Shown piece by piece: positions 1-9,107 of a stretch of DNA of 64,000 nucleotides (position 1 is the stretch's first letter; the number at the start of each line of letters is the position of its first letter). The translations under genes were made by a program, and so were the position numbers. Source of the DNA: Bacteroidales bacterium (GTDB lineage Bacteria > Bacteroidota > Bacteroidia > Bacteroidales > WCHB1-69); assembly GCA_045600905.1 (NCBI GenBank), contig JAZRYT010000189.1, positions 33,748-97,747 of the forward strand. Reading direction: 5' to 3'. Below the pieces are notes generated by a model. The model was not told the DNA's origin and did no database searches. It saw only the letters and a program-made list of their open reading frames with translations.

Positions 1-1
1 C

Positions 2-1741
2 AGCAAGCAGTTTAAAAAGAATACCATCATCGGCCTCATCGCCGCCTTGGTCATTGTGCTTATTATAAACATCCTTTCCTCCTTCCTCTTCTTCCGCATT
101 GACCTCACGAAAGACAAGAGACATTCCCTCTCACCTTCCACTATCGAGATTCTCAAGAACCTGGAAGACAAGGTTTACATTCGTGTCTATCTGAAAGGGA
201 AAGACCAGCCTGCCGACTATCAGTTGTTCGCCAAACAGGTGGAACAGATGTTGCAGGATTTCCGCAGCTATTCCAAAAATGTCTATTTCGAATTCATTGA
301 TCCTTTGGAATCCAAAAGCAATGAAGAGGTAAACTCCATTTTGGCCGAATTCTTGAAGAAGGGATTGGAACCCATCCCCATCAGCCGGGAGGATGCCAAT
401 GGATATTCCACACACATGGTCATTCCCGGTGCCATCATCACTTACCGCAACCACGAATATCCCGCCCGTCTGGTCGTAGCAGACCCTTCCGGAGCAGACT
501 GGCTCCAATACTCCATTGAAGAATTGGAATACAACCTCGTCTCCCCTATCCGAAGACTCGTCAAAACGGAAAAACCAAGTGTCGCCTTTTTGGACGGTCA
601 CGGCGAATTGGATTTTTGGAACACCTGCTGGACAGCCATGCAACTTCAGCGCTTCTATAATGTTTCCCGCATCACCTTGGATGGGAAAATCAACAGTTTA
701 AGACACATCAGCATTGCCGATTCCGCCAAGCAGACACTCAAATTGGGAGAAAACAAATATGACGTCCTTATCGTCGCCCAACCGACGCAACCGTTTAAGG
801 AATACGACAAATACATCATTGACCAATTCATTATGCGCGGCGGCAAGGTGCTCTGGCTTATTGACAACACCACAGCCTCTTTGGACAGCTTGCAGTCCAC
901 CCCTGAATTCTTCGCCACTCCGCGTTCTCTTTACATCAACGACCTGTTTTTTACGTACGGTGTCCGTATCAATCCGAACTTGATACAAGACCTCAGCTGC
1001 ACTCCTATTCCGCAGCAAGTCAGCATGATTGGCGACCAACCGCAGTACAAATTCATGGCATTTCCCTATTGTCTGGACATCGTCAACTTCAGCGACCACC
1101 CTATTGTACGAAATATCAAGGAAATCAAGTCTGATTTTGCTGGAACCATCGACTTGGTCGGCAACAGTGAGAATTTGCAGAAAACCGTGTTGATGACATC
1201 TTCTGAACGTTCCAAACTGGTGCCTACTCCCTCCATCGTCACTTTGAAGGTCGGACTCACCAAGCCCAATATGCAGGAATATGCGTTCCACAACCTGCCT
1301 GTCGCCGTTTTGGTGGAAGGAGAGTTCAAATCCGCATTCAAGGGCATTTTGCCCATTGAATTCGACACTATCAGGGAACTCGACTACCGCGACAAGAGCG
1401 TGCCCACCCGTCAGATTTTCGTCTCCGACGGAGACATCATCCGCAACCCGTTTGACAGGAAACGCAACCAGCCCTACCCTGCCGGCTACGACATCTATAC
1501 ACGCACAATGTATGACAACACGCAATTCATCGTCAACTGCGTGAACTACCTCTGCGCCGACGACGACCTGCTCCAACTCCGAGCCAAGAACTTCAAAATC
1601 GGTTCCCTGAACAACGACATCTTACGCAAGCATAAAACGCTCCTATCCGTTCTCAACATCTGCATTCCTTTGGCGCTCGTCATCATTATGGGCATCATCC
1701 TAATTGTCTTGCGCAAAGTGAAATTTTCCAAAAAGAAATAA
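2..1741 (+). CDS. gldG: gliding-motility-associated ABC-transporter auxiliary protein GldG (5' end outside window)
   Basis: The frame stays open to base 2, and the track start at 47 is an internal TTG. An N-terminal TM helix is followed by RIDLTKDKRHSLS, and there is a C-terminal TM anchor (LSVLNICIPLALVIIMGIILIVL). Size and layout fit GldG. Confidence 0.7.
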   Translation, partial: SKQFKKNTIIGLIAALVIVLIINILSSFLFFRIDLTKDKRHSLSPSTIEILKNLEDKVYIRVYLKGKDQPADYQLFAKQVEQMLQDFRSYSKNVYFEFIDPLESKSNEEVNSILAEFLKKGLEPIPISREDANGYSTHMVIPGAIITYRNHEYPARLVVADPSGADWLQYSIEELEYNLVSPIRRLVKTEKPSVAFLDGHGELDFWNTCWTAMQLQRFYNVSRITLDGKINSLRHISIADSAKQTLKLGENKYDVLIVAQPTQPFKEYDKYIIDQFIMRGGKVLWLIDNTTASLDSLQSTPEFFATPRSLYINDLFFTYGVRINPNLIQDLSCTPIPQQVSMIGDQPQYKFMAFPYCLDIVNFSDHPIVRNIKEIKSDFAGTIDLVGNSENLQKTVLMTSSERSKLVPTPSIVTLKVGLTKPNMQEYAFHNLPVAVLVEGEFKSAFKGILPIEFDTIRELDYRDKSVPTRQIFVSDGDIIRNPFDRKRNQPYPAGYDIYTRTMYDNTQFIVNCVNYLCADDDLLQLRAKNFKIGSLNNDILRKHKTLLSVLNICIPLALVIIMGIILIVLRKVKFSKKK

Positions 1742-1765
1742 TTAATGTTCAAAATAACACGCTCA

Positions 1766-4576
1766 ATGAAAAAACTATTTTTAATTATCAGCATCATCCT
1801 GACAGCCTCTTTCGCTTTCGCCCAGGATGTTAAACTGGATGCGCCCATCAATCCGGATCCGCATGTCAAAATAGGCAAACTCAGCAATGGTATGACCTAT
1901 TACATCCGTCACAACGAACAACCCAAGAAAGTAGTTGAACTTCGTCTGGCCGTTAATGCCGGCTCCAATCAGGAAAACGAAAACCAACGCGGTCTGGCTC
2001 ACTTCACCGAGCACATGTCCTTCAACGGTATTGAAGGAATGCCCGGCAACACGATGATTGAAAAATTGCAATCCGTCGGTGTTGTTTTCGGTGCCGACCT
2101 AAACGCATATACCTCTTTTGATGAAACGGTTTATATGATTCCTATGCCGTTGGACAATCCTTCCAATCTCGATTTGGGATTGAAGATTTTGCGCGGCTGG
2201 GCACACGGCCTGCTTTATGACCACGCAGAAATCGATGCCGAGCGCGGTGTCATTTCCGAAGAATACCGTATGGGCCTCGGTGCCGACGACCGTATGCGCA
2301 AAGAATACTGGCCGGTTCTGATGAAGGATTCCCGCTATGCGGAACGCTTCCCAATCGGTTTGATTGAGGTTATCCAAGGATTCGAATATCAAACCATCAA
2401 AGATTTCTACCACGACTGGTACCGCCCTGATTTGCAAGCCGTCATCGTAGTCGGCGACATTGACGTTGACCAGGTGGAAGCCAAAATCAAGACGATGTTC
2501 GGAGACATTCCCGCCCTTGAAAATCCGCGCGTCAAGGAGAACTATCCCATCGGTATGAACAAAGAACCATTAGTGGCTGTCTGCACCGATAAAGAAGCTG
2601 CCGGCAACACCGTGATGCTCATCCGCAAATTCCCGCACTTCGCTATGAAGAACGTCGGCGACTACCGCAAACAACTGATGATTGACCTTTACAACGAGAT
2701 GTACGAAGCTCGTTTGGAGGAAATGGTGCAGGATTCCAAATGTCCGTTCATCGGTGCCAGCGCAGGCTACTCCAACTTCATCGGTTCCACCGATATGTAT
2801 GGTGCCCAAGCCGCTTGCAAAGAGAATAAAATCCTCGAATCCATCGAAGCGTTGATGAAAGAAGACTACCGCGTACTGCAATACGGTTTCCTTCAAACCG
2901 AGTTAGACCGTGCTAAGACCTCGCTGATGGAACGTCTTGAACGTGCTTCTAACGAAGTAAACAAAACGGAGTCCTCCACTTTCGCCAGCCAATATATCAA
3001 TAACTACCTTTACCACGACCCCATTCCTGGAGCCAAACGCGAATACACGCTTGCCAAAAAGTTGATGGACAACATCACGCTCCGCGAAGTCAATGCTTTT
3101 GCTAACGAATGGATTACTCCCGAAAACTTCGTGGCCATCGTGACCGCTCCAGACAAAGCTGGTGTCTCCGTGCCGACCAAAGAACAAGTTCTCAATGTCA
3201 TCAACGACAAGAGCCTCAAGAACGTACAGCCTTACGTTGACACATACAAAGAACAGGAAATCGTTGACAAAACCACTTTAAGACCAGGTGCCATTCTTAA
3301 GACAGAAGATATTGAATCCATCAAAGCAAAGAAAGTCACCCTTGCCAACGGCATCCAGGTAATCTTGAAAAAGACAGATTATAAGAACGACGAAATCCTC
3401 TTCGAAGCTATCAGCAAAGGCGGAAAATCCCTTTACGCAGAAAAGGACCTCGCATCCTTGGACTTCGCTGCAGACATCATCGACCGTGGCGGTATTGCCG
3501 ATCTTGACTACAACACTCTGACCAAGAAGCTCAAGACCAAACAAGCCGGCGTCACGCCCTTTATTGATGCCACCTCTGAAGGATTCACCGGTTCTTCCAC
3601 TCCTAAAGATTTGGAATTCTTCTTCCAATATCTCAATGCCTTCTTCACCAATCCGCGTGCCGACAAAAATGCATGCGACTTAGTGTTAACAGAAACTGCC
3701 GAACAAATCAAGATGCTCCAAGCCAACTCGATGTATCGTTTCTTCGGTTCCTTTATGGACGCAGCCACCAATCACGATCCTTATCAAGCCACTCCTCTCT
3801 CCTTCACTCAAGAATATCTTGACAAAGTGAACTTCGACAGAGCTGTAAAACTCTATCGCGAGCGCTTCGCCAATCCCGCCGACTTCACCTTTATCTTCGT
3901 CGGCAACTATGACGAAAAAGCCATGAACGAATACCTCAGCCTCTATTTGGGTTCTTTGAATACAACTACAAACCGCGAGAACTTCAATGCGGACGTTTTC
4001 AAGAAACAGGCTCCCGGCATCCAAAAATCCGTCGTCCAATATGGTCAGGAAAAACAGGGTTGGATGGGTCTCTACTTCGAACAACCTTACGACTATAACG
4101 CTAAAAACAATATGACTGTTACCGTTTTAGGCGATGTCCTGAAACAATATGTGTTGGAAATCATCCGTGAAAAGATGGGCGATGTCTATTCTCCGATGTT
4201 GCAAATGGGATATGAGAAATATCCTAAACCTTGCTTCCAACTGATGATTATGTTGAGCTGCAATCCTGACAACACCACCAAATTGGCCAACACCTGCATT
4301 CAGATTCTGCAAGATGTTCAAAAGAAAGGTCCGGACAAAAAAATCCTCGCCAATGTTCAAAAACAACTGATTTCCACCCGTGAGAAGAACATCCAGAGCA
4401 ACGAATTCTGGTTGAGCTACATCAATGGTAAAGTCTTTTATGAAGACGATATGAATGCGGTAAACGAATATGCCAACCTCGTCAATTCCATCACAAAAAA
4501 AGACATCGTCAACTTTATGAAGACCTACTTCAAATTTGACCAATACACTCGCGTGGATCTTTTACCTGAAAAATAA
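1766..4576 (+). CDS. M16 (pitrilysin/insulinase) family zinc peptidase, secreted
   Basis: Contains the HxxEH zinc motif (HFTEH) in a two-lobed ~930 aa layout. The signal peptide MKKLFLIISIILTASFAFA favours ATG 1766 over the in-frame ATG 1745. Confidence 0.85.
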   Translation: MKKLFLIISIILTASFAFAQDVKLDAPINPDPHVKIGKLSNGMTYYIRHNEQPKKVVELRLAVNAGSNQENENQRGLAHFTEHMSFNGIEGMPGNTMIEKLQSVGVVFGADLNAYTSFDETVYMIPMPLDNPSNLDLGLKILRGWAHGLLYDHAEIDAERGVISEEYRMGLGADDRMRKEYWPVLMKDSRYAERFPIGLIEVIQGFEYQTIKDFYHDWYRPDLQAVIVVGDIDVDQVEAKIKTMFGDIPALENPRVKENYPIGMNKEPLVAVCTDKEAAGNTVMLIRKFPHFAMKNVGDYRKQLMIDLYNEMYEARLEEMVQDSKCPFIGASAGYSNFIGSTDMYGAQAACKENKILESIEALMKEDYRVLQYGFLQTELDRAKTSLMERLERASNEVNKTESSTFASQYINNYLYHDPIPGAKREYTLAKKLMDNITLREVNAFANEWITPENFVAIVTAPDKAGVSVPTKEQVLNVINDKSLKNVQPYVDTYKEQEIVDKTTLRPGAILKTEDIESIKAKKVTLANGIQVILKKTDYKNDEILFEAISKGGKSLYAEKDLASLDFAADIIDRGGIADLDYNTLTKKLKTKQAGVTPFIDATSEGFTGSSTPKDLEFFFQYLNAFFTNPRADKNACDLVLTETAEQIKMLQANSMYRFFGSFMDAATNHDPYQATPLSFTQEYLDKVNFDRAVKLYRERFANPADFTFIFVGNYDEKAMNEYLSLYLGSLNTTTNRENFNADVFKKQAPGIQKSVVQYGQEKQGWMGLYFEQPYDYNAKNNMTVTVLGDVLKQYVLEIIREKMGDVYSPMLQMGYEKYPKPCFQLMIMLSCNPDNTTKLANTCIQILQDVQKKGPDKKILANVQKQLISTREKNIQSNEFWLSYINGKVFYEDDMNAVNEYANLVNSITKKDIVNFMKTYFKFDQYTRVDLLPEK

Positions 4577-4623
4577 TGTAGAGACGCAACAATGCAGAGA
4601 CGCAACAATGTTGCGTCTGTACA
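4577..4623 (+). repeat. duplicated hairpin arm: TGTAGAGACGCAACAA / TGCAGAGACGCAACAA direct repeat followed by inverted arm TTGCGTCTGTACA
   Basis: The 16-bp direct repeat (15/16 identical) occupies 4577-4592 and 4593-4608, and the inverted arm occupies 4611-4623. Either copy can pair with the arm. Confidence 0.85.
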
Positions 4624-4655
4624 ATAATAAATGTTAAACGAATAAAAACACAGAA

Positions 4656-6065
4656 ATGACTGATTACGAATTAAAAAACAAAGTTGCCGATATGTCATTG
4701 GCAGAATGGGGACGCAAAGACATTGATGTTTCCCAAAAGGAGATGCCGGGTTTGCTGGCATTGAGAGAAAAATACGGAGATTCCAAGCCGCTGAACGGCG
4801 TTCGCATTATGGGTTCCCTCCACATGACCATCCAAACCGCCGTGCTGATTGAGACGCTCGTCCACCTCGGTGCCGAAGTGAGATGGTGCAGCTGCAATAT
4901 TTTCTCCACACAGGACCACGCCGCTGCCGCTATTGCCGCCACCGGTGTAAACGTTTTTGCTTGGAAAGGCGAATCTTTGGAAGAATACTGGTGGTGTACC
5001 AACCAGGCACTCTCCTTCCCCGGAGGCAAAGGCCCGCAACTCATCGTTGACGATGGTGGCGATGCTACATTGCTCATCCACCTCGGATACAAAGCGGAAG
5101 AAGATCCTTCCATTTTGGACAAAGAACCTGAAAATCACGAACAAGCCGTTATCTTCCATACATTAAAGGAAATCCTCAAAGAAGACCCTCATAAATGGCA
5201 CAATATGGTTAAGGAAATCAAAGGTGTTTCCGAAGAAACCACCACTGGCGTTCACCGCCTCTATCAAATGATGGAGCGCGGCGAGTTGCTCTTCCCCGCC
5301 ATCAATGTTAACGACTCTGTGACCAAATCCAAATTCGACAACAAATACGGCTGCCGCGAATCCTTGGCAGACGGTATCAAACGTGCCACCGACATTATGC
5401 TTGCCGGCAAAGTGGTTGTCGTTTGCGGCTACGGCGATGTAGGTAAAGGTTGCGCCCAATCTATGAAATCTTACGGTGCCCGCGTCATTGTCACAGAAGT
5501 TGACCCCATTTGCGCACTGCAAGCTGCTATGGAAGGCTTTGAAGTTAAAACCGTGGAAGACGCACTTCCCGAAGGCAATGTCTATGTGACCACCACCGGC
5601 AACTGCGATGTCATTACCGTGGATCACCTCAACAAAATGAGAGACCAGGCTATCGTTTGCAATATCGGTCACTTCGACAACGAAATCCAAGTTTCCGCTT
5701 TCGAGAACCAACCTTCCATCAAGAAACGCAACATCAAACCGCAAGTTGACGAATACATCTTCCCCGACGGACACTCCATCTTTATTCTTGCAGAAGGACG
5801 TCTCGTAAACTTGGGCTGCGCCACAGGACACTCCTCCTTCGTGATGAGCAACTCCTTTACAAACCAGACAATGGCCCAATTGGATTTGTGGAAACACGAC
5901 TACAAGATTGGTGTCTATAACCTTCCCAAACATCTGGACGAAGAGGTTGCACGTCTGCATTTGGAAAAAATCGGTGTCAAGTTGACCAAGCTCACACAAA
6001 AGCAGGCCGACTACATCGGAGTCCCTGTTGAAGGGCCTTTCAAATCCGATCTTTACAGATACTAA
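4656..6065 (+). CDS. ahcY: adenosylhomocysteinase (S-adenosyl-L-homocysteine hydrolase)
   Basis: Full-length 469 aa with the NAD-binding GYGDVGKG motif, [19 protein letters not shown] and the C-terminal tail typical of SAH hydrolase. Confidence 0.95.
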   Translation: MTDYELKNKVADMSLAEWGRKDIDVSQKEMPGLLALREKYGDSKPLNGVRIMGSLHMTIQTAVLIETLVHLGAEVRWCSCNIFSTQDHAAAAIAATGVNVFAWKGESLEEYWWCTNQALSFPGGKGPQLIVDDGGDATLLIHLGYKAEEDPSILDKEPENHEQAVIFHTLKEILKEDPHKWHNMVKEIKGVSEETTTGVHRLYQMMERGELLFPAINVNDSVTKSKFDNKYGCRESLADGIKRATDIMLAGKVVVVCGYGDVGKGCAQSMKSYGARVIVTEVDPICALQAAMEGFEVKTVEDALPEGNVYVTTTGNCDVITVDHLNKMRDQAIVCNIGHFDNEIQVSAFENQPSIKKRNIKPQVDEYIFPDGHSIFILAEGRLVNLGCATGHSSFVMSNSFTNQTMAQLDLWKHDYKIGVYNLPKHLDEEVARLHLEKIGVKLTKLTQKQADYIGVPVEGPFKSDLYRY

Positions 6066-6072
6066 TAACGAG

Positions 6073-6106
6073 AGAGGATGACTAAAATTAGTCATCCTCT
6101 TTTTTT
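6073..6106 (+). terminator. intrinsic terminator after ahcY
   Basis: Perfect 12-bp stem AGAGGATGACTA / TAGTCATCCTCT (6073-6084 / 6089-6100) with a 4-nt loop, followed by T6. The T-run overlaps the stop codon of the convergent FISUMP gene. Confidence 0.8.
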
Positions 6107-6809
6107 AATCTTTCAAACACCGCACCGAGCGGCCATAGCACTTATAATCCAAAATATTGTAGCAATCGCTATTATAGCTAAACAGGCCGCAACACCACGC
6201 ATTCTGCCTATCATACGTGGTTGAACTCCAGAAATGAGCATATCTTCCCGTATTGCCCAATCCGTCTTCTGTATAAACACCAGCGGGCAATGCTGAAAAT
6301 CCACTGAGAATTTCAGCTCTCACGGGTTCAATCCACTGCGAAGACGGGGATTTCATCACGGCACCGGCCTTTTGCGTGCCACCCAATGATTCCAACAATT
6401 GCGTCCACTCCGAATTGTTGGGCAAATGCCAACCTTTCGGACAAATGCCTCTACGCTTGTTATCCGAACAAGGATAGGCATACTCGTTGATATTCAAATC
6501 CATAGCTGCCGACCAATTGTATAAAATGCCATTCTGGGAATTTCTTGGCGTATAATAATAGGATTTAAAGACAGGGTTGTCCACAGAAAAAACGGGATTC
6601 TTAACCCACGATATCCCTGTAGGAGAAGACGTACAACGCATATTCTCCGCCATCCAGCACTGCTTGCCCAATTGAACGGTATGATACACATTTCCCTGAT
6701 GGTCAGAAACCGTAGGCACACCCTCACAGGGCAACCCGAAATTTGCAGTCTGCCCAACAACTATCTGTATAACAGCTAAAAAGAAGAATGTTATCAATAT
6801 TTTTTTCAT
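6105..6809 (-). CDS. FISUMP (Fibrobacter succinogenes major paralogous) domain protein, secreted
   Basis: Has a signal peptide and the motifs CWMAENM, GWHLPNNSEW and FWSST characteristic of the TIGR02145-type domain. Confidence 0.75.
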   Translation of the reverse strand: MKKILITFFFLAVIQIVVGQTANFGLPCEGVPTVSDHQGNVYHTVQLGKQCWMAENMRCTSSPTGISWVKNPVFSVDNPVFKSYYYTPRNSQNGILYNWSAAMDLNINEYAYPCSDNKRRGICPKGWHLPNNSEWTQLLESLGGTQKAGAVMKSPSSQWIEPVRAEILSGFSALPAGVYTEDGLGNTGRYAHFWSSTTYDRQNAWCCGLFSYNSDCYNILDYKCYGRSVRCLKD

Positions 6810-6825
6810 CCGAAAAAATGAGCTG

Positions 6826-6833
6826 CAAAGGTA
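6826..6833 (-). promoter_or_regulatory. Bacteroidota -7 box TACCTTTG (FISUMP gene)
   Basis: The reverse complement of CAAAGGTA matches TAnnTTTG, 17 nt upstream of ATG 6809. Confidence 0.5.
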
Positions 6834-6916
6834 GCATTTTTTCTATGCGGCATCAAAATACAAAAAACTAAAAAATAAGAAGAAAAACGTATTCTTGATT
6901 ATACCTTAACAGCCCG

Positions 6917-8035
6917 CTACCGTACCAAACCGTTTGCCTGACACAACCACATACCAAAAAACCGGTCATTTACCGCATAGTGGTTTGATTCCTGAGTTAT
7001 CAAATCCTTCTCAAGCAACTTATTCGTCGCAGATTGTACAGAACTTGCCGACATCAAATGATATTTTTTGACAAATGCGGCCGACTGCATTTGCACGGCT
7101 TTTCCCTCAAAAGCAATGGCCTTGAGTAATTTCTGCTGTTTCTCAGGCAGACTGTATAAAAGCGATGCATACACATCCTCATTGTCCAAAATACGCCTTT
7201 CAACAGCCTGATCTATCAACTCTTCCGTACAATCTGGCTGCGACATATAATATAGTAGGTAAAACACAGATTGTAGATACCAGGTATGTCCTTCAAATAA
7301 ATCATAAACTTTTGCAATATGCTCATTAGAAATATTCTTGCCAGCCTGCGAAAACTTTTCTCGCACAAACACTGAATACGAAGTTTTATCTATCGGCTTG
7401 AGTGACAAAATATTAGCACTATGGTAAAATGGCTTTGAAGCTGAGGCGAACATATTTTGCAACAGATGGCGCTGACTACCCGCAAAAAGAAATGTAGCGT
7501 TATTGCAATGTTGTATTTTCGTTCTCAACAACGCTTCCACATTCTTTTCCGGATAACGACTGATTTGTTGGAACTCATCTACAGCTATTACACAAGGTTT
7601 GTCTGCATTCGAAATATAGTCAAACAACTCATCTAATGTTCTATTCGCATCTTGAATGTCCCCAATTCCGAACGATGCTGACAAAAAGCCCTTTTCATCT
7701 ATCCCAATATTCAGCTTCAGAGATTTCACCACGCGTATAAAAATATCTAACGCATTCCTACTACGCAATTGTCGGACTAATTCATTGCCAAACACATAAA
7801 TAAAATCCTCCAAACAAAGTGTAGCATAAATGTCAATAAAGATATGATAAAAGTTCGCACTTATAACATCCTGATGAAAGCAATGTTGAATTAATCCTGT
7901 TTTACCCATACGTCGTGGGGAGATGATGACGGTGTGACTTCTACCTTGAATATCACGCAAAAGTTGTTCGGTCTCTTTCTGACGATCACAGAAATATTCT
8001 GGGGAAACATATCCGAAAGTGACAAATGGATTCAT
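6917..8035 (-). CDS. orphan AAA-type ATP-binding protein (Arch_ATPase/DUF234-like)
   Basis: Walker A SPRRMGKTG and Walker B VIAVDEFQ, with a helical C-terminal half. ATG 8035 was chosen because the track's TTG start at 8059 lies inside the -7 box. Confidence 0.6.
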   Translation of the reverse strand: MNPFVTFGYVSPEYFCDRQKETEQLLRDIQGRSHTVIISPRRMGKTGLIQHCFHQDVISANFYHIFIDIYATLCLEDFIYVFGNELVRQLRSRNALDIFIRVVKSLKLNIGIDEKGFLSASFGIGDIQDANRTLDELFDYISNADKPCVIAVDEFQQISRYPEKNVEALLRTKIQHCNNATFLFAGSQRHLLQNMFASASKPFYHSANILSLKPIDKTSYSVFVREKFSQAGKNISNEHIAKVYDLFEGHTWYLQSVFYLLYYMSQPDCTEELIDQAVERRILDNEDVYASLLYSLPEKQQKLLKAIAFEGKAVQMQSAAFVKKYHLMSASSVQSATNKLLEKDLITQESNHYAVNDRFFGMWLCQANGLVR

Positions 8036-8056
8036 AATCTTACTTTTTTGAAGCCG

Positions 8057-8064
8057 CAAAAGTA
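8057..8064 (-). promoter_or_regulatory. -7 box TACTTTTG (ATPase gene)
   Basis: The reverse complement of CAAAAGTA matches TAnnTTTG, 22 nt upstream of ATG 8035. Confidence 0.5.
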
Positions 8065-8106
8065 ATCATTTTTTTAGAATGATGTAAAAAAAATGACGAA
8101 AAGATG

Positions 8107-8114
8107 TATCTTCG
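8107..8114 (+). promoter_or_regulatory. -7-like box TATCTTCG (phosphodiester glycosidase gene)
   Basis: One mismatch to TAnnTTTG, 21 nt upstream of ATG 8135. The same variant occurs at 24563. Confidence 0.4.
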
Positions 8115-8134
8115 CGGCCTAATTTTCTTGCCCT

Positions 8135-9010
8135 ATGCGAATTGTTTTCTTCAAGTATTTCATACCGTCAGTCATACTTTTCTTCCTGATTTCAGGAAGA
8201 TTATCCGCTCAGAACGATTCCATCATCTTGTCCAATGCCCATTGGAATGCGGACACCATCAACGGGATGGTGCTCAAAACCGTTCATTTCTCCCAACAGG
8301 AATATTTTCACAGCAACCAATATATTTGCATTTTGGAATTGTCCCCATCATCTGGGCTGTCACTTCAATTGGGACATACGCCACGGCGCACCAAGACATC
8401 CGAAACGGCCAAGGCGCACGATGCTTTGGCAGCCGTCAACGGGTCGTTTTTCGATATGGACAGGCACAACCCCATCTGTTATTTGCGCATAAACGGAGAA
8501 GAGGTCGGCATTAACACGCCAGGCGCAGACACTGTAAATCGCAAATATTACCAATACGGGACATTGGTATTTGACTCGACAGACATCCGCATCGTACACA
8601 CGGACAGCGCCCGATTGTGGGAGCGCACCCTGCCCGACCGCAACATTATGACCGCCGGACCGCTTTTGATTTACAAAGGGCAAAATCAGCCTATGCGCAA
8701 CGACCTGTCCTTTGTCAACAGTCGCCACAACCGCACGGCAGTAGGCATCAAAGCCGACGGCACCATTCTGCTGTTCACGGTGGATGGACGTACCAAGCAA
8801 TCGGAGGGGATGACGTTGGACGAGCTCATAGCCACATTACGGTGGTTAGGCTGCCAAGATGCTCTGAACCTCGATGGCGGGGGTTCCACCACAATGTACG
8901 TGAAGGGGCAACCCTACAACGGTATCGTCAACTATCCATCCGACAACTTGCGCTTCGACCACCACGGCGAAAGAGCCGTCTCCAATGTGCTGATGGTCGT
9001 CGAGAAGTAA
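8135..9010 (+). CDS. phosphodiester glycosidase family protein (NAGPA/DUF2233-like), secreted
   Basis: Signal peptide present. The C-terminal ALNLDGGGSTTMY block and the AVNGSFFD motif are typical of the family. Confidence 0.65.
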   Translation: MRIVFFKYFIPSVILFFLISGRLSAQNDSIILSNAHWNADTINGMVLKTVHFSQQEYFHSNQYICILELSPSSGLSLQLGHTPRRTKTSETAKAHDALAAVNGSFFDMDRHNPICYLRINGEEVGINTPGADTVNRKYYQYGTLVFDSTDIRIVHTDSARLWERTLPDRNIMTAGPLLIYKGQNQPMRNDLSFVNSRHNRTAVGIKADGTILLFTVDGRTKQSEGMTLDELIATLRWLGCQDALNLDGGGSTTMYVKGQPYNGIVNYPSDNLRFDHHGERAVSNVLMVVEK

Positions 9011-9033
9011 GGGTTCAGGGTTCAGGGTTCAGG
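9011..9033. repeat. perfect heptamer tandem repeat (GGGTTCA)x3 + GG
   Basis: Read directly from the sequence. It begins one base after the TAA stop at 9008-9010. Confidence 0.95.
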
Positions 9034-9055
9034 AAATTTCTTCTGTAACTTCTCA

Positions 9056-9107
9056 CATTATCGCATTACCGCATTATCGTATTACCGCATTATCGCATTC
9101 ATCGCAT
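9056..9107. repeat. octamer tandem array CATTAYCG x6 (16-bp super-unit CATTATCGCATTACCG)
   Basis: Units are CATTATCG, CATTACCG, CATTATCG, TATTACCG, CATTATCG and CATTCATCG. The array spans the dprA stop (9082-9084) and its last 7 codons. Confidence 0.9.

Noticed and set aside
4577-4655. Possible SAH riboswitch upstream of ahcY.
   Set aside because: Only 79 nt are available. I could not recognise the SAH-riboswitch pseudoknot architecture, and that class is not known to me from Bacteroidota. The region is kept only as a hairpin-repeat observation.
9056-9107. Octamer array as a CRISPR-like array, or as a DNA-uptake sequence linked to dprA.
   Set aside because: The units are 8 bp and contiguous with no spacers, so this is not CRISPR. 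I saw no further copies of the octamer elsewhere in the window, as a genome-wide uptake sequence would require. The dprA adjacency is probably coincidental.
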